Assembly (NCBI GenBank): GCA_963422645.2 | Contig: CAXXVO010000013.1 | Coordinates: 87,457 to 151,456, forward strand | DNA from: Alphaproteobacteria bacterium | GTDB lineage: Bacteria; Pseudomonadota; Alphaproteobacteria; UBA828 | Direction of reading: 5' to 3' | DNA length: 64,000 nt | In this document: positions 12,642 to 21,793 of the stretch, one piece after another | How the letters are laid out: each line of letters starts with the position of its first letter | Position numbering within the stretch: the first letter of the stretch is position 1 | Notes under the pieces: model-generated | The model's input: only the letters and a program-made list of their open reading frames with translations | Databases searched by the model: none | Told to the model about the DNA's origin: nothing | Program-made: the position numbers and the translations under genes

Positions 12642-13305
12642 GGGGTATTTCGGCTCGAAGGCGACAGCAGGTCTGTGCCAAGCGCTGATTGCGCTGATGC
12701 CGCCGCACTCCGTCTACATCGAAAGCCACCTTGGGGGCGGGGCGCTGATGAAGCGCAAGCCGCCGGCCGTGCGTTCGATCGGCATCGACCGCGATGCGCA
12801 GGCGCTCGAGGCCTTCGTCTGCGACTACCCGGTCGATCTGGTTCACGGCTGTGCCCATGACTTCCTGGCCTCGTTCCCGTTCCTGGGCCCGGAGCTGGTT
12901 TACAGCGATCCGCCCTATCTGCACGCGACCCGCCGCTCGGCGCAGCGCTACCGCTTCGAGTACGAGGAGGCCGGCCACGTCGCGCTTCTCGCGCTGCTCA
13001 AGGCTCTGCCCTGCCAGGTCATGATCTCGGGCCATCCGTCGGCGCTCTATGACGAGGTGCTGGCGGGATGGCGCCGGCTGGCGCTGCAGGTCACGACCCA
13101 GGGTCTGGTGCGAACCGAGGTCGTCTGGTTCAACTACGCCCCCGACCGGATGCATTGGGCCAGCCACGCAGGCCGGAACTTCACCGACCGCCAGCGCATC
13201 AAGCGCAAGGCAGCCAACTGGGGCCGGCGCTACCAGGCCTTGCCGCCGGGCGAACGCCTCGCCGTGCTCGCCGCCATGATGGCCGTCGAGGCCGAAGACA
13301 CGTGA
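12640..13305 (+). CDS. DNA adenine methyltransferase (Dam/D12-like), small orphan
   Basis: N-terminal YFGSK, SAM-binding motif I YIESHLGGGA, catalytic motif IV YSDPPY, VMISG, RTEVVW. Confidence 0.9.
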   Translation: MGYFGSKATAGLCQALIALMPPHSVYIESHLGGGALMKRKPPAVRSIGIDRDAQALEAFVCDYPVDLVHGCAHDFLASFPFLGPELVYSDPPYLHATRRSAQRYRFEYEEAGHVALLALLKALPCQVMISGHPSALYDEVLAGWRRLALQVTTQGLVRTEVVWFNYAPDRMHWASHAGRNFTDRQRIKRKAANWGRRYQALPPGERLAVLAAMMAVEAEDT

Positions 13306-14840
13306 CGGTGTCGCACTGGCACGAAGACCTCGCCGCCCGTAACGAGGCCTTCTGCTGCCTGAAGGAGCTTCTCGAGCCATCATCCCTCGCAACCACTGTC
13401 GTCGTTGCCGTCCGGGAATGGGGGCAGGGGCTGCTGCGATCAGCCACCGCGCTCGCCCGGGAAAATGCCGCACTCGAGCAGGAGAACGCGGCCCTGCGCG
13501 AGCGCATCGCCGAACTCGAGCGCAGCGCGGCCCTCAACAGCACCACAAGCAGCAAGCCCCCCGCCAGCGACGGGCTCAAGAAGAAAAGCGGAGCCCAGAG
13601 GCGCACCCAAAGCCAGCGCGGAAAGTCCGGCGGGCCCAGTGGCGGCCAGCCCGGCCACAAGGGAACCACCCTCGCGCGGAGCGACAGCCCGGACCGTGTC
13701 GTCGATCACCACCCCTCCACCTGTTCCGGCTGTGGCGTCGAGCTCTCGGACGCCGACCGGCAAGGCGCGCCCGCCTGTCGGCAGGTCTTCGACGTACCCG
13801 AGCCGCAGCCTCTCGAGGTCACCGAACACCGCGCCCATCGCTGCCTCTGCGGCGCATGCGGCACGCTGACACGAGCCGCCTTCCCGCCGGGCGTCACCGC
13901 CCCGGTCCAGTACGGCCCTCGCATCACCGCTTGGGTGAGTTACCTGCTGTACGCCCAGTTCGTGCCCGAGAAGCGTCTGGCCGAACTCATGAGCGACATC
14001 TTCGCGGTGTCCATCTCCACTGCCACGATCGCCGCCATGGGCCGGCGCACAGCGCAGCGCTTCGAGGGCTTCCTCGACCATGTCGCCGATCTGATCCGCA
14101 CGCAGGCGCCGGTCAAGCACCTCGACGAGACCGGCCTGCGTATCGCCGCCCGTACCCGCTGGCTCCATGTGCTGTGCACCCCGTTGCTCACCGTCCTGCG
14201 CATCGGCGAGGGACGCGGCGATGTCGAAAAGAACCTGAAAGGCATCCTCGTCCACGACGACTTCGCCCCCTACTTCACCATCAAGGGCGTCCGCCACGGC
14301 GCCTGCAACGCACATCACCTGCGCGAACTCCAGGCCCTGATCGACATCGAGAAGGAGGAATGGGCGGCGAGCATGCACCGCCTGCTTCAGCGCGCGCGCA
14401 GGGCCGCCCGCTTCGCCCGTGAGAAAGACCGTCAAGTCCCCGCCTCCCTGGTGGCCCGCATCTCAAGGGCATGGGACCGTATCCTCGAAGAAGCCATCGC
14501 CTTCCATGAGGCCCAACCGCCGCTCCAGATCGCAAAGCGAGGGCGAAAGAAACGCCGCATCGGCCACAACCTCGCGCGCCGCCTTCAAAAGCATAAGGAG
14601 GGCTGCCTGCGCTTCCTCACCGACATGCGCACGCCGTTCACGAATAACGAGGCGGAGCGTGACATCCGTATGAACAAAGTGCATGAGAAGATCTCAGGCG
14701 GCTTCCGCTCCCTGCAAGGCGCCTGCAACTTCGCCGGAATGCGCAGCGTCATCGTCACCGCTCGAAAGCAAGGCTGGAACATCCTGCAAATCCTGGCGCA
14801 CCCGGAACCGATGCAGCTGATCCCTATACTGCGCTCCTGA
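13302..14840 (+). CDS. IS66 family transposase (TnpC, single-ORF type)
   Basis: Coiled coil, NSTTSSKPPASD, GGQPGHKG, zinc finger CSGC..CGAC, HLDETG, CNAHHLREL, TNNEAER; GTG start overlaps the MTase TGA (GTGA). Confidence 0.93.
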   Translation: MTVSHWHEDLAARNEAFCCLKELLEPSSLATTVVVAVREWGQGLLRSATALARENAALEQENAALRERIAELERSAALNSTTSSKPPASDGLKKKSGAQRRTQSQRGKSGGPSGGQPGHKGTTLARSDSPDRVVDHHPSTCSGCGVELSDADRQGAPACRQVFDVPEPQPLEVTEHRAHRCLCGACGTLTRAAFPPGVTAPVQYGPRITAWVSYLLYAQFVPEKRLAELMSDIFAVSISTATIAAMGRRTAQRFEGFLDHVADLIRTQAPVKHLDETGLRIAARTRWLHVLCTPLLTVLRIGEGRGDVEKNLKGILVHDDFAPYFTIKGVRHGACNAHHLRELQALIDIEKEEWAASMHRLLQRARRAARFAREKDRQVPASLVARISRAWDRILEEAIAFHEAQPPLQIAKRGRKKRRIGHNLARRLQKHKEGCLRFLTDMRTPFTNNEAERDIRMNKVHEKISGGFRSLQGACNFAGMRSVIVTARKQGWNILQILAHPEPMQLIPILRS

Positions 14841-15135
14841 ACTTCTCCGGCTCATCCTGAGTATCGCTGTCCTCTCATCTTGTTCGCGACGCGGCGTTCA
14901 TCATCCTCTCGCGCTCAAGAGAGTAGGCACCCCCGCGGCGTGGGGGCGTTGACGCAAAAGGAACTGGCTTGTTCCATAAGAGAGAGGGGGTACCTGGGCA
15001 GTTACCTCTCTCTGCTTGTTGTTAAGCGTGGAAAAGTGACCCCCTATTGGGGGTGATCGGCGTCCAAAATTGACCCCCTTGGATTTGTGTCCATGAACAC
15101 ACCTCGTCGTTTGGACGGACGGGGTGGTGGGGGAG

Positions 15136-16650
15136 ATGCTGGTTGTGGAAACGATCGCGAAGATCCGTCGGGATCATCTGGTGAAGGGCGTTCCGATCAA
15201 GAAGCTCGCCCGGGATTTGAGGGTTTCCAAGAACACGATACGCAAGGTGGTGCGGGGCGATGCGACCTCGCACAGCTACGAGCGCAAGATCCAGCCGATG
15301 CCGAAGCTTGGGCTGTGGGTGGAGGAGCTTGAGCGCCAGCTGAAGGCCAACGAGAAGAAGGCACGCAAGGATCGGCTGTCTCTTCTGCGGATTCATGAAG
15401 ACCTTGTGTCGCTGGGCTACAAGGGCGGCTATGACGCGGTTCGCCGCTATGCCAGGGCCTGGCGGCGCCGGTGGCGGCTGTTGTCGCCGGCGCAGGCCTA
15501 TGTGCCGCTGATCTTCGATCCCGGCGAGGCCTACCAGTTCGACTGGAGCCACGAGTACGCGCGTCTGTCGGGCGCGACGACCAGGGTGAAGGCGGCGCAC
15601 ATGCGGCTGTGCCACAGCCGGATGTATCTGGTCCAGATCTTTCCCCGCGAGAGCCAGGAGATGGTCTTCGAGGCGCACGAGCGTGCCTTCCGCTTCTTCG
15701 GCGGGGTCTGCCGGCGGGGCATCTACGACAACATGAAGACGGCGGTGAGCACGATCTTCGTGGGCAAGAAGCGGGACTACAACCGCCGCTTCCAGGAGCT
15801 GTGCTCGCACCATCTGGTGGAGCCTGTGGCGTGCACGCCAGGGGCTGGCTGGGAGAAGGGGCAGGTCGAGAAGCAGGTGGGTGACCTTCGCGGCCGCCTG
15901 TTCGTGCCCATCCCGCGGGGCCGCTCCTACGCCGAGATCAACGAGTGGCTGATGGATCGGTGCATCGAGGACGCCAAGAAGCATCCGCATCCGACAATCC
16001 CGGGCAAGACGGTGTGGCAGGTGTTCGAGGAGGAGCAGCCCTTCCTGATGGCGTATCGCGGCCCCTTCGACGGCTTCCATGCCAGCGAGGTGTCGGTCTC
16101 GAAGACCTGTCTGGTGCGCTTCGACAACAACCAGTACAGCGTCGCGGCCCGCGCCGTCGGCCGGCCGGTGGACGTGCGGGCCTATGCCGATCGGATCGTC
16201 ATCCGCCAGGACGGCGAGACCGTTGCCGAGCACCCCCGCAGCTTCGGGCGCGGCCGGTTCGTCTACGATCCGTGGCATTACGTGCCGATCCTGACGCGGA
16301 AGCCCGGCGCGCTACGCAATGGCGCGCCCTTCAAGGACTGGCAGTTGCCCAACGCGCTCGGCCGCCTGCGAACCCGGCTCGCGGGCCACGACGACGGCGA
16401 CCGGCAGTTCGTCAAGGTGCTCGCGGCGGTGCTGGAGGACGGACTGGAGGCGGTTGAGGCGGCCTGTGCCGAGACGCTCGACTGCGGTGCCTGCAGCGCC
16501 GACGTGGTGCTCAACATCCTCGCCCGGCAGCGCCAGCCGGCACCGCCGGCAATCATCCCGACGCCCGAGGGCCTGCAGCTTCGCCACAAGCCGGTAGCCG
16601 ACTGTCAGCGCTACGACAGCCTGAGGGAGGCCGGTCATGGAGCGTCATGA
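15136..16650 (+). CDS. istA: IS21 transposase IstA
   Basis: N-terminal [29 protein letters not shown] motifs. Confidence 0.96.
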   Translation: MLVVETIAKIRRDHLVKGVPIKKLARDLRVSKNTIRKVVRGDATSHSYERKIQPMPKLGLWVEELERQLKANEKKARKDRLSLLRIHEDLVSLGYKGGYDAVRRYARAWRRRWRLLSPAQAYVPLIFDPGEAYQFDWSHEYARLSGATTRVKAAHMRLCHSRMYLVQIFPRESQEMVFEAHERAFRFFGGVCRRGIYDNMKTAVSTIFVGKKRDYNRRFQELCSHHLVEPVACTPGAGWEKGQVEKQVGDLRGRLFVPIPRGRSYAEINEWLMDRCIEDAKKHPHPTIPGKTVWQVFEEEQPFLMAYRGPFDGFHASEVSVSKTCLVRFDNNQYSVAARAVGRPVDVRAYADRIVIRQDGETVAEHPRSFGRGRFVYDPWHYVPILTRKPGALRNGAPFKDWQLPNALGRLRTRLAGHDDGDRQFVKVLAAVLEDGLEAVEAACAETLDCGACSADVVLNILARQRQPAPPAIIPTPEGLQLRHKPVADCQRYDSLREAGHGAS

Positions 16651-17365
16651 TGTGCTGGAGATGATGACCCAGCTGAAGCTCGCAGGTATGCGCGCCGCTT
16701 ACGACGACATCCTTGCCGACGGGCTCAAGCGCCGCCATCCGGTGCAACAGATCATCGGTACGCTGCTGCAGGTCGAGATCGCCGACAAGAGGGCCCGCTC
16801 GATCAAGTACCAGATGGCCTCCGCCAAGCTGCCGACGGTCAAGGAGCTGGCCGACTTCGACTTCGCCGCCTCGCCGGTCAACGAGCCCCTGATCCAGGAG
16901 CTCGCCGGCGGCGGCTTCCTCGAGGGCAAACGCAACATCGTGCTGGTCGGCGGCACCGGTACCGGCAAGACCCATCTCGCCGTCGCCATCGCGCGGTCCT
17001 GCATCCGCAAGGGCGCGCGCGGCCGGTGCTACAACGTCGTCGACCTGGTCAACCTCCTCGAGGCCGAGCTTCGCGCCGGACGCCAGGGCCGCACTGCAGA
17101 CCAGCTCGTCCGCCGCGACTTCGTCATCCTCGACGAGCTCGGCTACCTGCCCTTCGCCCAGGCCGGTGGGCAGCTGCTCTTCCATCTGATGAGCCGGCTC
17201 TACGAGCGCACCTCGATCGTCATCACCACAAACCTCGCCTTCGGCGAATGGCCATCCGTCTTCGGCGACCCCAAGATGACCACAGCGCTGCTCGATCGCC
17301 TCACCCATCATTGCGAGATCATCGAGACCGGCAACGAGAGCTGGCGCTTCAAGAACCGCTCCTGA
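16637..17365 (+). CDS. istB: IS21 helper ATPase IstB
   Basis: Walker A GGTGTGKT, Walker [16 protein letters not shown]. Confidence 0.97.
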   Translation: MERHDVLEMMTQLKLAGMRAAYDDILADGLKRRHPVQQIIGTLLQVEIADKRARSIKYQMASAKLPTVKELADFDFAASPVNEPLIQELAGGGFLEGKRNIVLVGGTGTGKTHLAVAIARSCIRKGARGRCYNVVDLVNLLEAELRAGRQGRTADQLVRRDFVILDELGYLPFAQAGGQLLFHLMSRLYERTSIVITTNLAFGEWPSVFGDPKMTTALLDRLTHHCEIIETGNESWRFKNRS

Positions 17366-17567
17366 CCCGCCGCCGGCCTCCCTTGCGGCCCGGTTGCCCC
17401 GGTGGGCCAACAGGGACCCCCCACGCGGCTTCGCTCCGCGTAGCGCAGGGCGCCACACGAAGCCGCGCGGGTCCCCCCTATTGGCTACCGGGACAACCTC
17501 CGCCGTGCCACTCAGGGGGGTCAATTTTGCACGCCGATCGGGGGTCAGTATTGAAAGCCGATTGACA

Positions 17568-17725
17568 CTCTGCACGGCCCGATTCGCAAAGACTTCCGTC
17601 CGCACGCCAGCCGCCGCACCGCCACCGTGCCGCCGCGCATCCCCTTGAGATTCCGCCACCTTCCGCCCGATTCCGCCTGATTCCACCCCTTGACCCGATT
17701 CACAACGACTTTCGTCCGTCTACAC
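17568..17725 (-). repeat. 158-bp terminal segment of an unidentified mobile element (inverted copy of 43756-43913)
   Basis: Reverse complement of 43756-43913 with one mismatch seen; ends in ...CGTCTACAC exactly where a gene is truncated. Confidence 0.85.
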
Positions 17726-18064
17726 GCTCATCGCCGCGTTCTTGCCCGCCGCATTTCCCTCGGGCACCACCAGCGTCGCGGCGAGGCCGAGGCGGGTCGC
17801 GGCGTAGGCGATGCTCTGGCCGTGGTTGCCCCTGGTGGCGGCGATCACGCCGGCGGCCTGGCCGTGCCGGCGCAGATCGTCCATGTAGACGAGGCCGCCC
17901 CGCACCTTGAAGGCGCAGATCGGGGTGTGGTTCTCGTGCTTGACCCAAACCTTGGCCCCGGTGCGTTGCGCCAGCAGCGGCCAGGGGATTTGCGGCGTGG
18001 GGTCGAGGGTCTCGTGAACGAATGCAGCGGCCTCCTGGAATTCGGCCAACGTGGGCAGGCGCAT
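17720..18064 (-). pseudogene. Threonine/serine dehydratase (PLP) 5' fragment, truncated by the inserted element end
   Basis: KHENHTPICAFKVRGG (PLP lysine) and AATRGNHGQS; stops after about 114 aa at the 17725 junction. Confidence 0.85.
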
Positions 18065-18253
18065 GGCGATGCTCCCCTGGGTCGGTGGCGGCGCACTATA
18101 GCAGGCGCGGACAATCCGCCGGCGAATCCCGCTCTTGGCGAATTGTTTTCGTGCGCGCGCGGTTGAATGGAGCGCGCGCAAGGGCACGACGCAGGCCGTG
18201 GCCCCGGTGAGAATTGCGAGCTGGAGCGGGAGCGGACCGTCGCGGATCGAGGT

Positions 18254-18700
18254 CTACGACGCGGCGCCCCCGTCGCGGCCCTCGAAGGCCTGCAGCTTCT
18301 CCACCAGCTCGGCGGGCAGCGGCGCCGGGCGGTGCGTGGTCTGATTGGTGTTGACCCACACCACCTCGCCCGAGGCGAGCCCTTCGTCCCGCCCCTTCGA
18401 GTAGATCTCCAGGCCGAAGGTGAGGCTGGTGCGGCCGATCCGCGCCGAACGCACGCCGACCTCAATCTCGTCGTCGAAGCGGATCGGAGCGTAGTACTCC
18501 ACCAGGGTCTTGACCGTGTGGTAGTCCTCGCCCCTGCGTTCCACCTGCCCTTGGTAGTCGTAGGGGAGCGCGCGGAAAAACTCGGTGATCGCGGTATCGA
18601 AATAGGTCAGGTAGTGGGCGTTGAAGACGAGCATCTGCCCATCGACCTCCGCATACCTCACCCGAAACGGGAAGAAGTACGAAAACTCCGATCGTGCCAT
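18254..18700 (-). CDS. Acyl-CoA thioesterase (4HBT/YbgC family)
   Basis: VRYAEVDGQ..VFNAHYLTYFD, IGRTSL hotdog-fold motifs. Confidence 0.88.
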   Translation of the reverse strand: MARSEFSYFFPFRVRYAEVDGQMLVFNAHYLTYFDTAITEFFRALPYDYQGQVERRGEDYHTVKTLVEYYAPIRFDDEIEVGVRSARIGRTSLTFGLEIYSKGRDEGLASGEVVWVNTNQTTHRPAPLPAELVEKLQAFEGRDGGAAS

Positions 18701-18910
18701 TCGGGTACCCTTTTCGATCGCCGCGGCCTCACGCCATCGGCAGGCAGACCGTGCCGCCGGCCCCTGATCCGCGCCGAGGGTTGAGGCCAGTCTGGACTGC
18801 CTCGTGCGGAGCAGTCATCCTCGCGGCCCCACAGGGCCCGAGGACGCCGGGCCCGCGAGACTATGCCATGACTGCCCCATTCAGATAGACCCAAAACCCG
18901 GTAGACCGCG

Positions 18911-19678
18911 ATGTCCTCCCTCTTCGATCTCACTGGCAAGACCGCCGTCGTCACCGGCTCCACCAAGGGGATCGGCAAGGCCATCGCGCGGGCGCTGGCC
19001 CAGCACGGCGCGCGGGTGGTCGTTTCCAGCCGGGACGCGGGCCGGGTCGAGGCGACCGCGCGGGAGCTGAGCGATGAGGGGTTCTCGGTCCTGGGCCTCG
19101 CCTGCAACGTCGGGCGCAAGGCCGAGCTGGAGCGCCTGATCGAGGAGAGCCGCAAGGCGCTCGGACAGATCGACATCATCGTCGGCAACGCCGCCATCAA
19201 CCCGCACTACGGCTCGTTCGCGGACATCTCGGACGATGCCTTCGCCAAGATCATGGCGACCAACGTCCAGTCCAACCTCTGGCTCGCGCAGCTGGTGGCG
19301 GGCGAGATGCGCGAGCGGAAGGACGGCGCGATCATCTACGTCTCCTCGATCGGGGGCACCATCGGCTCCGACGTGATCGGCGCCTACTGCATCTCTAAGG
19401 CGGCCGACCTTCAGCTCGTGCGCAACCTCGCGGTCGAGCTGGGGCCGCACAACATCCGGGTCAACGCCATCACCCCCGGTCTCGTACGCACGGATATGGC
19501 GCGCGCGCTCTGGGAGGACGAGGTGCGCGCGGCGGACCGGATCGCGCACACGCCGCTGCGACGGCTCGGCGAGCCCGAGGACATCGCGGGCATCGCGGTC
19601 TATCTGGCCTCGGACGCCGGCCGCTGGACCACCGGCCAGAGCTTCGTCGTGGACGGCGGCACGTCGATCGCGGGTTAG
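18911..19678 (+). CDS. Short-chain dehydrogenase/reductase
   Basis: TGSTKGIG, NAAINP, YCISK, RVNAITPG. Confidence 0.92.
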   Translation: MSSLFDLTGKTAVVTGSTKGIGKAIARALAQHGARVVVSSRDAGRVEATARELSDEGFSVLGLACNVGRKAELERLIEESRKALGQIDIIVGNAAINPHYGSFADISDDAFAKIMATNVQSNLWLAQLVAGEMRERKDGAIIYVSSIGGTIGSDVIGAYCISKAADLQLVRNLAVELGPHNIRVNAITPGLVRTDMARALWEDEVRAADRIAHTPLRRLGEPEDIAGIAVYLASDAGRWTTGQSFVVDGGTSIAG

Positions 19679-19684
19679 TTCTCG

Positions 19685-20611
19685 TTAGGGAGCGGCCACG
19701 ACCTCGTGGCCTTCTGCCGCGAGCCGCTGGCCGAGCGCGGCGATGTGGCCGGGCCCGATCTCGCAGCAGCCGCCGACGATCGCAGCGCCCGCGGCGACCC
19801 AGCCCATCGCGTGGCCCGCATAGGCTGCCGGGCCCAGGTCGTCGCGCGCCTCCAGCACCTCGACGGTGCCGCCCGGCTGCAGGGCGCCGATGGAGACGAA
19901 GCCGTTGGCGTAGCCGCCGAAGGGGACACCGATGCCGGCCAGCAGCGGCATGGCGGCGGCAACCGCCTCGGGGCTGGAGCAGTTGATCAGCACCGCGTCC
20001 GCGCCCGCGTCCACGGCGGCCTGCGCGCCTTCGGCAACCCCCTCGCCCGAGCGTAGCAGGGTGCCGTCGGCATCGTTGACCGAGAGCGCCGTCCAGACTG
20101 GCTTGCCGCTCTCGCGCGCCGCCACGGTCGCCGCGCGGGCCTCCGCCGCCGACAACATGGTCTCGCACAGGAAGAGATCGACCCGGTCCGCCTGCACGGC
20201 GACGATTCTGCGGTAGTGCGCGAGGCATTCGTCTTCGGGCGGGGTCAGGTCCGGCCTGTAGCTGCCGACCAGCGGCGGCAGGCAGCCGGCGATCCTGACC
20301 GCCTGCCCGCTCCTGTCGCGTGCGGCCTCTGCGGCGCTGAGCGCCGCATCGTGCAAGGCCTCGAACATGTCGGCCTTGCCCGCGCGGTCGAGCCTGGGCG
20401 GCGTCGCCGTGTAGGTGTTCACCGTGACGATCCGCGCGCCGGCCTCGATGAAGTCGAGATGCACGGCCGCGACCAGCTCCGGCTCGTCCATCATCACCTG
20501 GACGGACCAGAGCGGCGCCGCCGGCCGCGTGCTCCGGCGATAGAGCTCCTGCCCGACACCGCCATCGAGGAGGACGATCGTCTTGCGCCGCGCCGCCGAG
20601 CTTTCCGTCAT
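19685..20611 (-). CDS. Homocysteine S-methyltransferase family protein
   Basis: LLDGGVGQEL, LCETM, LINCS, VGGCCEIGPGHI zinc ligands. Confidence 0.9.
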   Translation of the reverse strand: MTESSAARRKTIVLLDGGVGQELYRRSTRPAAPLWSVQVMMDEPELVAAVHLDFIEAGARIVTVNTYTATPPRLDRAGKADMFEALHDAALSAAEAARDRSGQAVRIAGCLPPLVGSYRPDLTPPEDECLAHYRRIVAVQADRVDLFLCETMLSAAEARAATVAARESGKPVWTALSVNDADGTLLRSGEGVAEGAQAAVDAGADAVLINCSSPEAVAAAMPLLAGIGVPFGGYANGFVSIGALQPGGTVEVLEARDDLGPAAYAGHAMGWVAAGAAIVGGCCEIGPGHIAALGQRLAAEGHEVVAAP

Positions 20612-20795
20612 GACTCCGCTCCCGCCAGGGCCCTGCACGCGCCCTCGCGGCGCTCCAGGCCCACTCTTCAAGCCGCACGATGATAACCACGCGGAAAGCG
20701 ACCCGCACGGCCGGCCGACCGCTGGCCGCGGCCCCCACCGCATGCAAGACTCCGCGCCTCGCCATCAGACCCCTGCACATCACCGAGTGAGAATC

Positions 20796-21770
20796 ATGGA
20801 CTCGCTGAACAGCCGCTTCACCGTGCGCAAAGAGGATTTCGACCGGCCGGTGCTGGTGACCGGCTCCAGCGGATGTATCGGGAGCTGGGCGCTCGCGATT
20901 CTCGTGCGCGCCGGCGTGCCTGCCGTCTCCTTCGACCTCGACTCGAGCCGCCGCCGGCCGGGCCTCCTGATGTCGGAGGAAGAGCTCGCGGAAGTGACCT
21001 GGGTGGAGGGGGACATTGCCGATGCCGAGGCCGTCGACCGGGTGGTGGGCGAGAAGGGGATTGGGGCGATCCTGCACCTCGCGGCCCTGCAGGTGCCCTT
21101 CTGCAGGGCGGACCCCGTCGCGGGCGCCCGAGTCAATGTGGTCGGCACGGTCGCCGTGTTCGAGGCAGCCCGCCGCCATGGCCTGCGCCGCCTCGCCTAC
21201 GCGAGCTCCATCGCCGCCCACGGCGCACCGGCGGGAAGCCCCTATGCCTCCACCCTCTACGGTGCCTACAAGGCCTGCGACGAAGCGATCGCCCGGACCT
21301 ATTGGCTGGACTGGGAGGTGCCGAGCATCGCGCTGCGCCCGGGCATCGTCTACGGCGTCGGCCGTGACCAGGGCATGACGTCGAAGACCACGGTCGCGAT
21401 CCTGGCGGCGGCGGCCGGGCGCGACTACGAGGTGCCCTTCACCGGCGCTGTGTCATATCTCTACGCGGGCGAAGTCGCGGCGGCGTTCCTCCAGGCCATC
21501 GCGCGGGACGGCGATGGCGCGCCTGCCTTCGACTGCAACGGGACCGTCACCCCGATCGAGGAGGGGCTAGAGGCGCTCCGGCGCCTCGCACCCGGCGCGC
21601 GGGTGCGGGCGAGCGGCGACCCGCTACCCTTTCCCATGGTGGACCAGGATGCGCTGCTGCGCGCGCACATCGGCGACTACGGCGCAATCTCCATTGAGGA
21701 GGGCACAGCCGAGACCTTCCGCGCGTTCCAGATCCTGCTGCAGGACGGGCGGGTGTCGGCCGACGTCTGA
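20796..21770 (+). CDS. NAD-dependent epimerase/dehydratase
   Basis: TGSSGCIG, HLAALQ, YASS, YGAYK. Confidence 0.88.
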   Translation: MDSLNSRFTVRKEDFDRPVLVTGSSGCIGSWALAILVRAGVPAVSFDLDSSRRRPGLLMSEEELAEVTWVEGDIADAEAVDRVVGEKGIGAILHLAALQVPFCRADPVAGARVNVVGTVAVFEAARRHGLRRLAYASSIAAHGAPAGSPYASTLYGAYKACDEAIARTYWLDWEVPSIALRPGIVYGVGRDQGMTSKTTVAILAAAAGRDYEVPFTGAVSYLYAGEVAAAFLQAIARDGDGAPAFDCNGTVTPIEEGLEALRRLAPGARVRASGDPLPFPMVDQDALLRAHIGDYGAISIEEGTAETFRAFQILLQDGRVSADV

Positions 21771-21793
21771 TCGTGCTGCCCGCCCAGCCTCGA

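Larger units (their letters stand above)
12498..15005 (+). mobile_element. Complete IS66-family element (2508 bp) carrying a DNA adenine methyltransferase passenger gene
   Basis: IRL GTAACTACCCAGGTACCCC, IRR GGGGTACCTGGGCAGTTAC (18/19 match); 8-bp direct repeat CTCTCTCT at 12490-12497 and 15006-15013; GTAA termini and 8-bp TSD are typical of IS66. Confidence 0.95.
15017..17567 (+). mobile_element. IS21 family element, copy 1 (2551 bp)
   Basis: TG...CA ends; 27-bp imperfect IRs TGTTGTTAAGCGTGGAAAAGTGACCCC / TGTCAATCGGCTTTCAATACTGACCCC with internal repeats; istA-istB. Confidence 0.95.

Noticed and set aside
13068-13301. 590-aa transposase ORF start overlapping the MTase
   Set aside because: The extension is an alternative frame of the MTase; the conserved GTGA junction in both copies points to a start at 13302.
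12640-13305. Restriction-modification system
   Set aside because: No endonuclease or specificity-subunit ORF inside or beside either copy; the MTase is an orphan within IS ends.
14979-15013. IS66 target CTCTCTCT is complementary to AGAGAGAG just inside the right end, hinting at base-pairing-guided targeting
   Set aside because: The same right end at 57948 has an unrelated flank (CAAATTGT on the plus strand) and the sequence is low-complexity; most likely chance.
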